A stretch of DNA of 17,913 bases from a virus (taxonomy: Duplodnaviria > Heunggongvirae > Uroviricota > Caudoviricetes). Positions 8,066-16,096 of this stretch are shown here, in pieces. The stretch is taken from the IMG/VR virus record IMGVR_UViG_2778261300_000005, positions 1-17,913 of that record; one strand, given 5' to 3'. Position 1 is the first letter of the stretch. Every line of letters begins with the position of its first letter. The translations under genes and the position numbers were made by a program. Below the pieces are notes generated by a model, which made no database searches, had not been told where the DNA came from, and saw only the letters and a program-made list of their open reading frames with translations.

Positions 8066-8950
8066 ATGAAATTTTATACTCCATTAAGATACCCCGGCGG
8101 GAAAGGTAAGTTATCTTACTTTTTAAAAGATGTTATTGAAAAAAACTCGTTGAATGATGGAGCATATGCAGAACCTTACGCTGGTGGTGCAGGGGTGGCT
8201 TTAGAATTATTATTGGAAGAGTATGTCCGTAAAATCTATATAAATGATGCAGATTTTGCTGTTTATTCTTTTTGGTCATCTGTTGTTAGTGATACTGATG
8301 AGCTTTGCCGACTTATTAGCCGAGCAAAGATAGATATGGATGAATGGTCTTTTCATCGCTATGTTATTTCGAATCCTTCTGAGTTTACTAAGCTTGAGGT
8401 TGGCTTTGCTGCGTTTTTCTTAAATAGAACAAATCGTTCAGGTATTCTCAAGGCGGGGGTTATAGGTGGGAAATCACAAAATGGAAAATGGAAAATGGAT
8501 GTTCGCTTTAACAGGGCGGATTTAATTTCAAGAATTGAGAAGATAGCAAATTATAATCAAAGAATAGTAGTAACTAATCTGGATGCTTTGGATTTTCTTG
8601 ATGCCTTGAATTTTATGGATAATATGGGAAAGGTGGATAAAAATAAAATTCTTTTGTATTTGGATCCTCCTTACTATATTAAAGGGCAAGGGCTTTACAG
8701 GAATTTTTATGAGCATGATGATCATGTATTGGTTATGAAGAAACTCACAGAAATTAATTTCCCAAATTGGCTTGTTTCTTATGATAATGCTAAGGAAATT
8801 AAAGATATTTATAATGAATTTCCGCAAGTTGAGTATTCATTGCAATATACAGCGCATCTCAAAAAATCTGGAGAGGAAGTGATGATTTTTTCTCCTGAAA
8901 TAATTATTCCTAATACCCTGAAAGGGGTCTCAATGCCAACTTGCGCCTGA
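8066..8950 (+). CDS. D12-class (Dam-like) N6-adenine DNA methyltransferase (cargo gene 2)
   Basis: 294 aa; ATG at 8066 preceded by GAGAGGG. N-terminal LRYPGGKGKL and AEPYAGGAGVALELL resemble the E. coli Dam AdoMet-binding region (LKWAGGK, VEPFVGAGSV). FFLNRTNRSG resembles Dam LYLNRYGYNG. The catalytic DPPY motif is present (LYLDPPYY). AT-rich. Confidence 0.85.
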   Translation: MKFYTPLRYPGGKGKLSYFLKDVIEKNSLNDGAYAEPYAGGAGVALELLLEEYVRKIYINDADFAVYSFWSSVVSDTDELCRLISRAKIDMDEWSFHRYVISNPSEFTKLEVGFAAFFLNRTNRSGILKAGVIGGKSQNGKWKMDVRFNRADLISRIEKIANYNQRIVVTNLDALDFLDALNFMDNMGKVDKNKILLYLDPPYYIKGQGLYRNFYEHDDHVLVMKKLTEINFPNWLVSYDNAKEIKDIYNEFPQVEYSLQYTAHLKKSGEEVMIFSPEIIIPNTLKGVSMPTCA

Positions 8951-9097
8951 TTTTACTTATTTTTTGTCAGTAAGTAATTAGTTTGGTGCATTTATTTGCA
9001 TTCATTTTTAAATGCCAGTTCTGGTATCTGACATCAGTGCTGGCGCATTCTGACCATTACTGCTGCACTGCATTTAAAGCCCTGCATGAAGCGGGCG

Positions 9098-9116
9098 GGC
9101 GAGGCGGGGAAAGCAC
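9098..9116. other. cos site (19-nt cohesive end, P2-type)
   Basis: GGCGAGGCGGGGAAAGCAC matches the P2 cohesive-end sequence as I recall it. It lies between the cargo module and the leftward Q gene, as in P2. Confidence 0.6.
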
Positions 9117-9258
9117 TGCGCGCTGGCGGTGGTGCTGATTTTATTTTTTCAGCGTCTGAGCGCGTCGTGATGGCGTTTAGATTGTGCGCCGGGGTGTTGG
9201 TGTGTCTGCGGGATGTTTTGTGCGGTGGTGAGCGTGTGAGGGCGTGATGACGGGGTGT

Positions 9259-9280
9259 AAAAAAGCCGCCCGCAGGCGGC
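9259..9280 (-). terminator. Rho-independent terminator downstream of Q (minus strand)
   Basis: Minus strand reads GCCGCC-TGCG-GGCGGC followed by TTTTTT, immediately after the Q stop codon at 9286-9288. Confidence 0.5.
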
Positions 9281-9285
9281 GATGT

Positions 9286-10320
9286 TCAGCCGTTGTCAGT
9301 GTCCAGTGAGTAGTTTTTAAAGCGGATGACCTCCTGACCGAGCCAGCCGTTTATCTCGCGGATCCTGTCCTGTAACGGGATAAGCTCATTGCGGACAAAG
9401 ACCTTTGCCACTTTCTCAATATCACCCAGCGACCCGACGTTCTCCGGCTTGCCGCCCATCAACTGAAAGGGGATGCGGTGCGCGTCCAGCAGGTCTGCGG
9501 CACTGGCTTTTTTGATATTAAAAAAATCGTCCTTCGTCGCCACTTCACTGAGCGGGATAATTTTAATGCCGTCGGCTTTCCCTTGTGGGGCATAGAGAAA
9601 CAGATTTTTAAAGTTGTTGCGGCCTTTCGACTTCACCATGTTTTCGCGAAGCATTTCGATATCGTTGCGATCCTGCACGGCATCGGTGACGTACATGATG
9701 TATCCGGCATGTGCGCCGTTTTCGTAATACTTGCGGCGGAACAGCGTGGCCGATTCATTCAGCCAGGCAGAGTTAAGGGCGCTGAGATATTCCGGCAGGC
9801 CGTACAGCTCCTGATTAATATCCGGCTCCAGCAGGTGAAACACGGAGCCGGGTGCGAAGGCTGTCGGCTCGTTGAAGGACGGCACCCACCAGTAAACATC
9901 CTCTTCCACGCCACGGCGGGTATATTTTGCCGGTGAGGTTTCCAGTCTGATGACCTTACCGGTGGTGCTGTAACGCTTTTCCAGAAACGCATTACCGAAC
10001 ACCAGAAAATCCAGCACAAAGCGGCTGAAATCCTGCTGGGAAAGCCACGGATGCGGGATAAATGTCGAGGCCAGAATATTGCGTTTGACGTAAATCGGGG
10101 AGCTGTGATGCACGGCAGCACGCAGGCTTTTTGCCAGACCGGTAAAGCTGACCGGTGGCTCATACCATCTGCCGTTACTGATGCACTCAACGTAATCCAG
10201 AATGTCACGGCGGTCGAGTACCGGCACCGGCTCGCCAAAGGTGAATGCTTCCATTTTCGGGGCGCTGGCGGTGATTGTTTTTGCCGCAGGTCGCGGTGTT
10301 TTCCCTTTTTTCTTGCTCAT
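9286..10320 (-). CDS. Q: Portal protein (capsid portal vertex), P2 gpQ
   Basis: 344 aa, the same length as P2 Q as I recall; leftward orientation adjacent to cos; start overlaps the P stop by 1 nt. Confidence 0.9.
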   Translation of the reverse strand: MSKKKGKTPRPAAKTITASAPKMEAFTFGEPVPVLDRRDILDYVECISNGRWYEPPVSFTGLAKSLRAAVHHSSPIYVKRNILASTFIPHPWLSQQDFSRFVLDFLVFGNAFLEKRYSTTGKVIRLETSPAKYTRRGVEEDVYWWVPSFNEPTAFAPGSVFHLLEPDINQELYGLPEYLSALNSAWLNESATLFRRKYYENGAHAGYIMYVTDAVQDRNDIEMLRENMVKSKGRNNFKNLFLYAPQGKADGIKIIPLSEVATKDDFFNIKKASAADLLDAHRIPFQLMGGKPENVGSLGDIEKVAKVFVRNELIPLQDRIREINGWLGQEVIRFKNYSLDTDNG

Positions 10321-12092
10321 CAGTAAAACTCCAGAATGGTGGATGTCAGCGGGGGGCTGATACCGGCGGTGAGTGGCTCATTTAACAGGGCGTGCATGGT
10401 CGCCCAGGCGAGGTCGGCGTGGCTGGCTTCCTCGCTGCGGCTGGCCTCATAGGTGGCACTGCGTCCGCTGCTGGTCATGGTCTTGCGGATAGCCATAAAC
10501 GAGCTGGTGATGTCGGTGGCGCTGACGTCATATTCCAGACAGCCACGGCGGATAACGTCTTTTGCCTTGAGCACCATTGCGGTTTTCATTTCCGGCGTGT
10601 AGCGGATATCGCGCGCGGCGGGATAGAACGAGCGCACGAGCTGGAACACGCCGACACCGAGGCCGGTGGCATCAATCCCGATGTATTCAACGTTATATTT
10701 TTCGGTGAGTTTGCGGATGGATTCCGCCTGGGTGGCAAAGTCCATGCCTTTCCACTGGTGACGCTCAAGTATTCTGAATTTGCCACCGGCCACCACCGGC
10801 GGTGCCAGCACCACGCATCCGGCGCTGTCGCCACGGTGTGACGGGTCGTAACCAATCCATACCGGGCGGGAGCCGAACGGATTGGCGGCAAACGGCGCAT
10901 AGTCTTCCCATTCTTCCAGCGTGTCGACCATGCAGCGTTGCAGCTCCTCGAACGGGAACACCGACGCCTTGTCGTCAACAAATTCACACATGAACAGGTT
11001 TTTAAAATCGTCGGCGCTGTTTTCACGTTTGAGCTGCTCAATGTCGAACAGCGTGCAGCCACCTTTCAGGGCGTCCTCAATGGTGACAATCTGCCGCCAC
11101 TGGCCGTCCGCACAGAGAAGCCCACCGGCAAGGGCGTTATGACTGACGTCGATTTCCACGCGTTCGGCGGCGCTGGCGCGTCCCCGGTTGAACAGTTCAC
11201 CTGACCAGAACGGGTAGGCGTCGTGCGCCAGCGTGGACGGGGTGGAGAAATAGGTCGAACGCAGGTGACTCTGTGAGGCCATACCTGATGCCACCTTACG
11301 CAGTACCTGAAAATTCGGGATCCAGAAAATCTCGTCGACGTACAGGTCGCCGTTATGGCTCTGTGCGGTGTTGGAGTTGGTGCCGAGAAAAATCAGTTTT
11401 GCGCCGTTATTGCCCAGGACAATCGGGTCACCGGTCAGGTCAACGTCAACCAGACGGGCAAAGGCGATGATGTATTCGCGGAACACATACGCCTGCGTTT
11501 TACTGGCCGACAGAAAAATCTGGTTATGACCGGTTTTCAGGGCGCGCAGCAGCGCCTCGCGGGAAAAATAAAACGTCGCGCCAATCTGACGGGATTTCAG
11601 GATATCGCGGATGCGGTGCTCAAGCCCGGCGCGATACCAGTGCAACTGATATTCGAAAGACTGCTCAAAGAAAATCTGCTCCAGCTTTTCGATGGCCTCG
11701 TCACTGAAAAAATTCTTTTTCGGTTTGCGCCGCCCGCCTTTGTTGCGGTTAGCGACGTTCGGATTAAGGTCTGCCTCGTTGCCGGTCTGGCTGTAGCGGT
11801 TGACCCGTGCCAGTCGTTCAATCTGGCGTCCGAGCAGGTCAATTTCCTTGAAGTCACCGCCGGTTTTCTGCGGTTTGATGATGAGCTGGGTCAGCCGCGC
11901 TTCCAGACTCATTTCGACACGGCTGATGGGGGCAACGCTGTCCCAGCCGTCGCGCTGTTTCCAGCTCTGCACCGTCGGGCGTTTCATCTGCAACATGGCG
12001 GCAATCTGCGGCACGGAAAACCCCTGCCAGTACAGCAGCGCCGCCTGACGACGCGGGTCGTGTAAAAGAGTGGTGTCTGTGGTGATGGTCAT
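10320..12092 (-). CDS. P: Terminase large (ATPase) subunit, P2 gpP
   Basis: ATG at 12092-12090 gives 590 aa starting MTITTDTTLLHD, matching the P2 P length as I recall. The ORF-track start at 12122 is an upstream extension. Confidence 0.9.
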   Translation of the reverse strand: MTITTDTTLLHDPRRQAALLYWQGFSVPQIAAMLQMKRPTVQSWKQRDGWDSVAPISRVEMSLEARLTQLIIKPQKTGGDFKEIDLLGRQIERLARVNRYSQTGNEADLNPNVANRNKGGRRKPKKNFFSDEAIEKLEQIFFEQSFEYQLHWYRAGLEHRIRDILKSRQIGATFYFSREALLRALKTGHNQIFLSASKTQAYVFREYIIAFARLVDVDLTGDPIVLGNNGAKLIFLGTNSNTAQSHNGDLYVDEIFWIPNFQVLRKVASGMASQSHLRSTYFSTPSTLAHDAYPFWSGELFNRGRASAAERVEIDVSHNALAGGLLCADGQWRQIVTIEDALKGGCTLFDIEQLKRENSADDFKNLFMCEFVDDKASVFPFEELQRCMVDTLEEWEDYAPFAANPFGSRPVWIGYDPSHRGDSAGCVVLAPPVVAGGKFRILERHQWKGMDFATQAESIRKLTEKYNVEYIGIDATGLGVGVFQLVRSFYPAARDIRYTPEMKTAMVLKAKDVIRRGCLEYDVSATDITSSFMAIRKTMTSSGRSATYEASRSEEASHADLAWATMHALLNEPLTAGISPPLTSTILEFY

Positions 12093-12265
12093 GAATACCT
12101 CGCCGTGATGAATACACGGCAAGGCTACTGAGTCGCGCCCCGCGATTCGCTAAGGTGCTGTTGTGTCAGTGATAAGCCATCCGGGACTGATGGCGGAGGA
12201 TGCGCATCGTCGGGAAACTGATGCCGACATGTGACTCCTCTAATCACTATTCAGGACTCCTGACA
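12093..12265. promoter_or_regulatory. Divergent late promoter region (P2 Pp/Po equivalents, Ogr-dependent)
   Basis: Non-coding gap between the divergent P and O genes, where P2 has its Ogr-activated late promoters. I did not confidently locate the TGT-N12-ACA activator dyad by eye. Confidence 0.4.
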
Positions 12266-13120
12266 ATGGCAAAAAAAGTCTCAAAATTCTTTCGTATCGG
12301 CGTTGAGGGTGACACCTGTGACGGGCGTGTCATCAGTGCGCAGGATATTCAGGAAATGGCCGAAACCTTTGACCCGCGTGTCTATGGTTGCCGTATTAAC
12401 CTGGAACATCTGCGCGGCATCCTGCCTGACGGTATTTTTAAACGTTATGGTGATGTGGCTGAACTGAAGGCCGAAAAGATTGACGATGATTCGGCGCTGA
12501 AAGGCAAATGGGCGCTGTTTGCGAAAATCACCCCGACCGATGACCTTATCGCGATGAACAAGGCCGCGCAGAAGGTCTACACCTCAATGGAGATTCAGCC
12601 GAACTTTGCCAACACCGGCAAATGTTATCTGGTGGGGCTGGCCGTCACCGATGACCCGGCAAGCCTCGGCACGGAATATCTGGAATTCTGCCGCACGGCA
12701 AAACACAACCCCCTGAACCGCTTCAAATTAAGCCCTGAAAACCTGATTTCAGTGGCAACGCCCGTTGAGCTGGAATTTGAAGACCTGCCTGAAACCGTGT
12801 TCACCGCCCTGACCGAAAAGGTGAAATCCATTTTTGGCCGCAAACAGGCCAGCGATGACGCCCGTCTGAATGACGTGCATGAAGCGGTGACCGCTGTTGC
12901 TGAACATGTGCAGGAAAAACTGAGCGCCACTGAGCAGCGCCTCGCTGAGATGGAAAACGCCTTTTCCGCACTTAAGCAGGAGGTGACTGACAGGGCGGAT
13001 GAAACCAGCCAGGCATTCACCCGCCTGAAAAACAGTCTCGACCACACCGAAAGTCTGACCCAGCAGCGCCGCAGCAAGGCCACCGGCGGTGGCGGAGACG
13101 CCCTGATGACGAACTGCTGA
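12266..13120 (+). CDS. O: Capsid scaffolding protein, P2 gpO
   Basis: ATG at 12266 gives 284 aa (MAKKVSKFFRIGVEGD...), matching P2 O length; coiled-coil-like C-terminus; directly upstream of the major capsid gene. Confidence 0.85.
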   Translation: MAKKVSKFFRIGVEGDTCDGRVISAQDIQEMAETFDPRVYGCRINLEHLRGILPDGIFKRYGDVAELKAEKIDDDSALKGKWALFAKITPTDDLIAMNKAAQKVYTSMEIQPNFANTGKCYLVGLAVTDDPASLGTEYLEFCRTAKHNPLNRFKLSPENLISVATPVELEFEDLPETVFTALTEKVKSIFGRKQASDDARLNDVHEAVTAVAEHVQEKLSATEQRLAEMENAFSALKQEVTDRADETSQAFTRLKNSLDHTESLTQQRRSKATGGGGDALMTNC

Positions 13121-13178
13121 CCGGCGTCAGTCAGTCCGGGAAAACCTTCACGATTAACCCTTAATTTCAGGAACAAAT

Positions 13179-14252
13179 ATGCGCCAGGAAACCCGTTTAA
13201 AATTTAATGCCTACCTGTCCCGTGTTGCCGAACTGAACGGCATCGACGCCGGTGATGTGTCGAAAAAATTCACCGTTGAACCGTCGGTCACCCAGACCCT
13301 GATGAACACCATGCAGGAGTCCTCTGACTTTCTGACCCGCATCAACATTGTGCCGGTCAGCGAAATGAAAGGGGAAAAAATTGGTATCGGTGTCACCGGC
13401 CCCATTGCCAGCACCACCGACACCGCCGGTGGCACCGAGCGTCAGCCGAAGGACTTCTCGAAGCTGGCGTCCAACAAGTACGAATGCGACCAGGTTAACT
13501 TCGATTTTTATATCCGCTACAAAACGCTGGACCTGTGGGCGCGTTATCAGGATTTCCAGCTCCGTATCCGTAATGCCATTATCAAACGCCAGTCCCTTGA
13601 TTTCATCATGGCCGGTTTTAACGGCGTGAAGCGTGCCGAAACCTCTGACCGCAGCAGCAATCCGATGCTGCAGGATGTGGCGGTCGGCTGGCTGCAGAAA
13701 TACCGCAATGAAGCTCCGGCGCGCGTGATGAACAAGGTCACTGACGAGGAAGGTCGCACCACCTCTGAGGTTATCCGCGTGGGCAAGGGCGGTGATTATG
13801 CCAGCCTTGACGCACTGGTGATGGATGCGACCAATAACCTGATTGAACCGTGGTATCAGGAAGACCCTGACCTTGTGGTGATTGTGGGACGTCAGCTACT
13901 GGCGGACAAGTATTTCCCCATCGTCAACAAGGAGCAGGACAACAGCGAAATGCTGGCCGCTGACGTCATCATCAGCCAGAAACGCATCGGTAACCTGCCG
14001 GCGGTACGCGTCCCGTACTTCCCGGCGGATGCGATGCTCATCACGAAGCTGGAAAACCTGTCCATCTACTACATGGATGACAGCCATCGCCGCGTGATTG
14101 AGGAAAACCCGAAACTCGACCGCGTGGAGAACTACGAGTCAATGAACATTGATTACGTGGTGGAAGACTACGCCGCCGGCTGTCTGGTGGAAAAAATTAA
14201 GGTCGGTGATTTCTCCACACCGGCCAGGGCAACCGCAGAGCCGGGAGCGTAA
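13179..14252 (+). CDS. N: Major capsid protein, P2 gpN
   Basis: 357 aa, matching P2 N length; follows the scaffold gene. Confidence 0.9.
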   Translation: MRQETRLKFNAYLSRVAELNGIDAGDVSKKFTVEPSVTQTLMNTMQESSDFLTRINIVPVSEMKGEKIGIGVTGPIASTTDTAGGTERQPKDFSKLASNKYECDQVNFDFYIRYKTLDLWARYQDFQLRIRNAIIKRQSLDFIMAGFNGVKRAETSDRSSNPMLQDVAVGWLQKYRNEAPARVMNKVTDEEGRTTSEVIRVGKGGDYASLDALVMDATNNLIEPWYQEDPDLVVIVGRQLLADKYFPIVNKEQDNSEMLAADVIISQKRIGNLPAVRVPYFPADAMLITKLENLSIYYMDDSHRRVIEENPKLDRVENYESMNIDYVVEDYAAGCLVEKIKVGDFSTPARATAEPGA

Positions 14253-14255
14253 CCG

Positions 14256-14999
14256 ATGACGAGTCCCGCACAGCGCCACATGATGCGGGTCTCGGCAGCG
14301 ATGACCGCGCAGCGGGAAGCCGCCCCGCTGCGACATGCAACTGTCTATGAGCAGATGCTGGTTAAGCTCGCCGCAGACCAGCGCACACTGAAAGCGATTT
14401 ATTCAAAAGAGCTGAAGGCCGCGAAAAAACGCGAACTGCTGCCGTTCTGGTTGCCGTGGGTGAACGGCGTGCTGGAGCAGGGCAAAGGCGCACAGGATGA
14501 CATTCTGATGACGGTCATGCTGTGGCGTCTGGATACCGGCGATATTGCCGGTGCGCTGGAGATTGCCCGTTATGCCCTGAAGTACGGTCTGACCATGCCG
14601 GGTAAACACCGCCGCACCCCGCCGTACATGTTCACCGAGGAGGTCGCGCTTGCGGCCATGCGTGCCCACGCTGCCGGTGAGTCTGTGGATACCCGCCTGC
14701 TGACGGAGACCCTTGAACTGACTGCCGCTGCTGACATGCCTGATGAAGTGCGCGCAAAGCTGCACAAAATCACCGGTCTGTTTCTGCGTGACGGTGGTGA
14801 TGCCGCCGGTGCGCTGGCGCACCTGCAACGTGCGACACAGCTCGACTGTCAGGCAGGCGTCAAAAAAGAGATTGAACGACTGGAGCGGGAGCTGAAACCG
14901 AAGCCGGAGCCGCAGCCCAAAGCGGCCACCCGTACCCCGCGTAAGACCCGGAGCGTGACACCGGCAAAACGTGGACGCCCGAAAAAGAAAGCCAGTTAA
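14256..14999 (+). CDS. M: Terminase small (endonuclease) subunit, P2 gpM
   Basis: 247 aa, matching P2 M length; basic K/R-rich C-terminal tail; follows N. Confidence 0.85.
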   Translation: MTSPAQRHMMRVSAAMTAQREAAPLRHATVYEQMLVKLAADQRTLKAIYSKELKAAKKRELLPFWLPWVNGVLEQGKGAQDDILMTVMLWRLDTGDIAGALEIARYALKYGLTMPGKHRRTPPYMFTEEVALAAMRAHAAGESVDTRLLTETLELTAAADMPDEVRAKLHKITGLFLRDGGDAAGALAHLQRATQLDCQAGVKKEIERLERELKPKPEPQPKAATRTPRKTRSVTPAKRGRPKKKAS

Positions 15000-15098
15000 C
15001 AACCGAATGCGCCCCGCGCCAGGGCGGCACGCCGGTCAGTGTGGGTGAATCACCTGACACTGTTCCGGCGTCCACCGCCCGACTTTTCTGAGGTAGTC

Positions 15099-15608
15099 AT
15101 GATGACGCTGATTATTCCGCGAAAGGAGGCTCCCGTGTCCGGTGAGGGTACGGTGGTCATCCCGCAACCGGCAGGCGACGAGCCGGTGATTAAAAACACG
15201 TTCTTTTTTCCCGATATCGACCCGAAGCGCGTCCGGGAACGTATGCGCCTTGAGCAGACCGTCGCCCCCGCCCGTCTGCGTGAGGCCATCAAGTCAGGCA
15301 TGGCGGAGACGAATGCGGAGCTGTACGAGTACCGCGAACAGAAAATTGCCGCCGGTTTTACGCGTCTGGCGGACGTTCCGGCGGACGACATCGACGGTGA
15401 AAGCATCAAAGTTTTTTACTACGAGCGCGCCGTGTGTGCGATGGCGACCGCGTCGCTTTATGAGCGTTACCGCGGCGTGGATGCCAGTGCGAAAGGCGAC
15501 AAGAAGGCTGACAGCATTGACAGCACCATTGATGAGCTGTGGCGGGATATGCGCTGGGCGGTGGCGCGTATCCAGGACAAGCCGCGCTGCATCGTGAGTC
15601 AAATCTGA
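15099..15608 (+). CDS. L: Head completion/stabilisation protein, P2 gpL
   Basis: ATG at 15099 gives 169 aa (MMTLIIPRKEAP...), matching P2 L length. The ORF-track start at 15039 is an extension. Confidence 0.85.
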   Translation: MMTLIIPRKEAPVSGEGTVVIPQPAGDEPVIKNTFFFPDIDPKRVRERMRLEQTVAPARLREAIKSGMAETNAELYEYREQKIAAGFTRLADVPADDIDGESIKVFYYERAVCAMATASLYERYRGVDASAKGDKKADSIDSTIDELWRDMRWAVARIQDKPRCIVSQI

Positions 15609-15811
15609 TGAAGACCTTTGCGCTACAGGGCGACACGCTCGACGCCATTTGTGTCCGGTATTACGGGCGCACTGAGGGCGTGGTCGAGGCCGTGCTCGCC
15701 GCAAATCCGGGACTGGCTGAACTGGGTGCGGTGCTGCCACACGGCACCGCCGTCGAACTGCCCGACGTTCAGACCGCGCCCGTGGCTGAAACTGTCAATC
15801 TGTGGGAGTAA
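15608..15811 (+). CDS. X: Tail protein X-like (P2 gpX)
   Basis: ATG at 15608 overlaps the L stop (TGATG). 67 aa (MKTFALQGDTLDAICVRYYG...), matching P2 X length. Confidence 0.8.
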   Translation: MKTFALQGDTLDAICVRYYGRTEGVVEAVLAANPGLAELGAVLPHGTAVELPDVQTAPVAETVNLWE

Positions 15812-15814
15812 CGC

Positions 15815-16096
15815 ATGACAGCAGAAGAAAAAAGCGTCCTGTCGCTTTTCATGATTGGGGTGCTGATTGTTGTCGGCAAGGTGCTTGCCGGTGGTGAACC
15901 CATCACCCCGCGTCTGTTTATCGGGCGCATGTTGCTCGGTGGTTTTGTCTCGATGGTTGCCGGTGTTGTTCTGGTGCAGTTTCCTGACCTGTCACTGCCT
16001 GCGGTGTGCGGCATCGGCTCCATGCTGGGTATCGCCGGTTATCAGGTGATTGAGATTGCCATTCAGCGCCGCTTTAAGGGCAGGGGGAAACCGTAA
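15815..16096 (+). CDS. Y: Holin, P2 gpY
   Basis: 93 aa with hydrophobic membrane segments (LSLFMIGVLIVVGKVLAGG...); immediately upstream of the endolysin; TAATG overlap with the K start. Confidence 0.75.
   Translation: MTAEEKSVLSLFMIGVLIVVGKVLAGGEPITPRLFIGRMLLGGFVSMVAGVVLVQFPDLSLPAVCGIGSMLGIAGYQVIEIAIQRRFKGRGKP

Noticed and set aside
8528-8827. Minus-strand 99-aa ORF inside the methyltransferase gene
   Set aside because: Antisense to a gene with clear D12 methyltransferase motifs; isoleucine-rich translation typical of AT-rich antisense frames.
8066-8950. Interpreting the methyltransferase as the host dam gene or a host genomic island gene
   Set aside because: It lies inside the prophage between A and cos, and its AT-rich composition differs strongly from an enterobacterial core gene.
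9478-12117. Numerous plus- and minus-strand ORFs overlapping the Q and P genes
   Set aside because: All lie inside the portal and large-terminase coding regions, whose lengths match P2; no independent start signals. Judged as frame shadows of GC-rich coding sequence.
1476-15098. N-terminal extensions in the ORF track (cox at 1476, A at 3807, second small ORF at 2825, P at 12122, O at 12200, L at 15039, lysC at 17170, ogr at 17632, repressor at 1449)
   Set aside because: Several begin at TTG or lack a ribosome-binding site; internal ATGs with Shine-Dalgarno sequences give products matching P2 protein lengths and N-termini, so the shorter starts were used.
12749-15740. Overlapping ORFs within the O, N, M, L and X genes (for example 12625..13176 minus, 14403..15002 minus, 15294..15740 minus)
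   Set aside because: Embedded in the contiguous head operon, whose genes match P2 in order and size; GC-rich frame artefacts.
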